A stretch of DNA of 50,649 bases from an uncultured Eubacteriales bacterium (GTDB taxonomy: Bacteria; Bacillota; Clostridia; Oscillospirales; Ruminococcaceae), in NCBI GenBank assembly GCA_902493155.1, contig CABUOE010000001.1, positions 1 through 50,649 on the forward strand, read 5' to 3'. Under the pieces are notes generated by a model. That model had not been told where the DNA came from. It saw only the letters and a program-made list of their open reading frames with translations, and made no database searches. Position numbers and translations under genes: made by a program. Below, in pieces: positions 48,978 through 50,649 of this stretch (the first letter of the stretch is position 1; each line of letters starts with the position of its first letter).

Positions 48978-50649
48978 ATGAAAAGAACAGTAGCGTTAAT
49001 ATTAACTATGGTAATGACATTTGTGATTTCCTTTTCCGGTGTTTCAGCTTCGGATGAAGCAGAGCGAGATTCTTACGGTGGAAAGCCTGATGTCACCATT
49101 GCCATAACTCCTTTTCCCGGAGACATGATTCAATCAGAAAGTAATAATCACGATGGCTTGTCATTAGAAGAATATATTGCTGATGGATATAAAGAAGTAG
49201 ATACACCTTCTGTGCTAGACACCCTAAACTCCCAATATAATGAACCAATAAAATATAACATTGTATATTCTGATAATGAGGTATCAAAATACCAAATCGT
49301 TGTAACAAATGGAACTGCCCGATTTTTAACTGGGTGGGTCAAAGATGGAGACTACTGGTTATATTACGATAATTATGGAAATAAGATCACTGGATGGTAT
49401 AAAATTGACGGATTATGGTATTATTTCGATCTGGTATATGGACACATGCTGACTGGATGGCAGCAAATCAGCTATGAATGGTACTATTTTAATCCAAACG
49501 GATCGATGAAACATGGGTGGATTTACACAGGAGACCAAACGTCGTTTTACTACATGGGAGTTCCAGGCGATCCAGATACTGGAGCCATGTACACTAACGG
49601 CTGGCTGCATGATATCACCGGAAAGTGGTATTATATTGAATCAGATGGCAGAATGGTAATCGGCTGGAAAACGATAGGTGGAAAGACTTACTATTTGTTG
49701 GATTCCGGTGTGGTGGACACCAGCGGAGAAATGGTGACCGGAACCCATATTATTGATGGGATTACTTACATATTTGATTCCCGCGGAGTCAGGATCAATA
49801 GTGCCCCACCATCAAATATCTCCAATCGGAGCCTGTATGTGCTATTTTGCAACGATCTCGTAGGCAGAGACGACAACCTTAACGCAGTCCATAATATCCA
49901 ATCTTCAATGAAAGGAATGGGGTATACGGACTGTACATATTTGTCTATGCCATATTATCCGTATAAGGCATATGCACAATTGCCCTATAGTAAAGTAGCT
50001 GTTTTACATGGTCATGGCCATCCGGGCGTCAGTTATTATCAGGATCCAAGCGCATTGCACCAAAATGATAATCATATGCTTTCTTCCAGAACATTGAGGG
50101 ATGGCAGCACCTATAGTTCATATGGGTACTGGCCCGATTTAAATATCACAGTGGGGCAAGACGATTATTTTATTGAAGATTATTTGCCAGGACAGCTCAA
50201 TAATCTGGACTTTGTGTGTATCGTTTCGTGTTACAGTGCACGGAGCCAATTGTTGAACGACGAAAGTAAATACATAAATCAATCCATGATGGACGCGATG
50301 TACAATAAAGGCGCTAAAGCTGTAATGGGTTATTATAATAGGGTGGCAGGCGGAGAATTTTATGCAGACTTTCTTTTTAACTATTTGGAACAAGGCCAAG
50401 ACATAAAGACTGCTATTGCAAGCGCTAACGAGCAATATACGCACATCTATGGCGCACCGGACCCTGCCGCCAAGGAACCTACATCTCCACACCATCCTAA
50501 AAATCAACGCTTTGTAGGAAACGGGTCGATTTGTTTAAATAAATCTTTCAGCAATAACTCATATTCTGAAACACCAGACAATTGGATTTACCGTACTCCT
50601 GTAAAAGTTACCCCTTCTCTTGACTACGCGGGTACCAAACAGTTAAAAA
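48978..50649 (+). CDS. Secreted protein with choline/cell-wall-binding repeats and a putative clan CD (caspase/gingipain/CHAT-like) peptidase domain; 3' end outside the window
   Basis: Not in the ORF track. AAAGGAAGG RBS, ATG 48978, no stop in 557 codons. Signal peptide MKRTVALILTMVMTFVISFSGVSA; GW...WYY repeats at about 49330-49790; VAVLHGHG and FVCIVSCYS motifs. Confidence 0.85.
   Translation, partial: MKRTVALILTMVMTFVISFSGVSASDEAERDSYGGKPDVTIAITPFPGDMIQSESNNHDGLSLEEYIADGYKEVDTPSVLDTLNSQYNEPIKYNIVYSDNEVSKYQIVVTNGTARFLTGWVKDGDYWLYYDNYGNKITGWYKIDGLWYYFDLVYGHMLTGWQQISYEWYYFNPNGSMKHGWIYTGDQTSFYYMGVPGDPDTGAMYTNGWLHDITGKWYYIESDGRMVIGWKTIGGKTYYLLDSGVVDTSGEMVTGTHIIDGITYIFDSRGVRINSAPPSNISNRSLYVLFCNDLVGRDDNLNAVHNIQSSMKGMGYTDCTYLSMPYYPYKAYAQLPYSKVAVLHGHGHPGVSYYQDPSALHQNDNHMLSSRTLRDGSTYSSYGYWPDLNITVGQDDYFIEDYLPGQLNNLDFVCIVSCYSARSQLLNDESKYINQSMMDAMYNKGAKAVMGYYNRVAGGEFYADFLFNYLEQGQDIKTAIASANEQYTHIYGAPDPAAKEPTSPHHPKNQRFVGNGSICLNKSFSNNSYSETPDNWIYRTPVKVTPSLDYAGTKQLK

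Noticed and set aside
49093..50507. Short minus-strand ORFs listed in the ORF track
   Set aside because: They are antisense to the real plus-strand gene starting at 48978.
1..50649. CRISPR arrays, tRNA/rRNA genes, prophage, IS transposases
   Set aside because: No regularly spaced repeats, cloverleafs or transposase/integrase motifs were seen; the GH25 gene has no holin or phage neighbours.

Overview
About 50.6 kb of chromosomal backbone from a moderate-GC, probably spore-forming Clostridia bacterium. Gene content and order suggest Oscillospiraceae/Ruminococcaceae (inference). Most genes are housekeeping: nrdD/nrdG, murA-yycJ-like-rlmH-typA, nth, dnaE, hprK-PHP-ROK kinase-murB-rapZ-whiA, a YgiQ radical SAM enzyme, a GH25 muramidase, tepA-ylzJ-uppP-ftsK, ogg, an ECF sigma/anti-sigma operon, asnS, dinB, pepD, yfbR and yfhO-GT2. 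I found no rRNA, tRNA, CRISPR array, transposase or integrase. Points of interest: (1) an ORF missed by the ORF track, running off the 3' end, encoding a secreted protein with cell-wall (choline-binding-type) repeats fused to a caspase/gingipain-like His-Cys domain; (2) an AT-rich nuclease (EEP) gene bounded by 18-bp inverted repeats; (3) an exact 33-bp bulged hairpin in the upstream regions of both ftsK and yfhO; (4) a VgaL/CplR-like ABC-F resistance gene with a uORF/attenuator leader; (5) an in-frame amber codon splitting tepA; (6) a DnaA-box cluster with no dnaA nearby; (7) a decayed Arc/RHH gene. All family calls come from motif recognition, not database searches.
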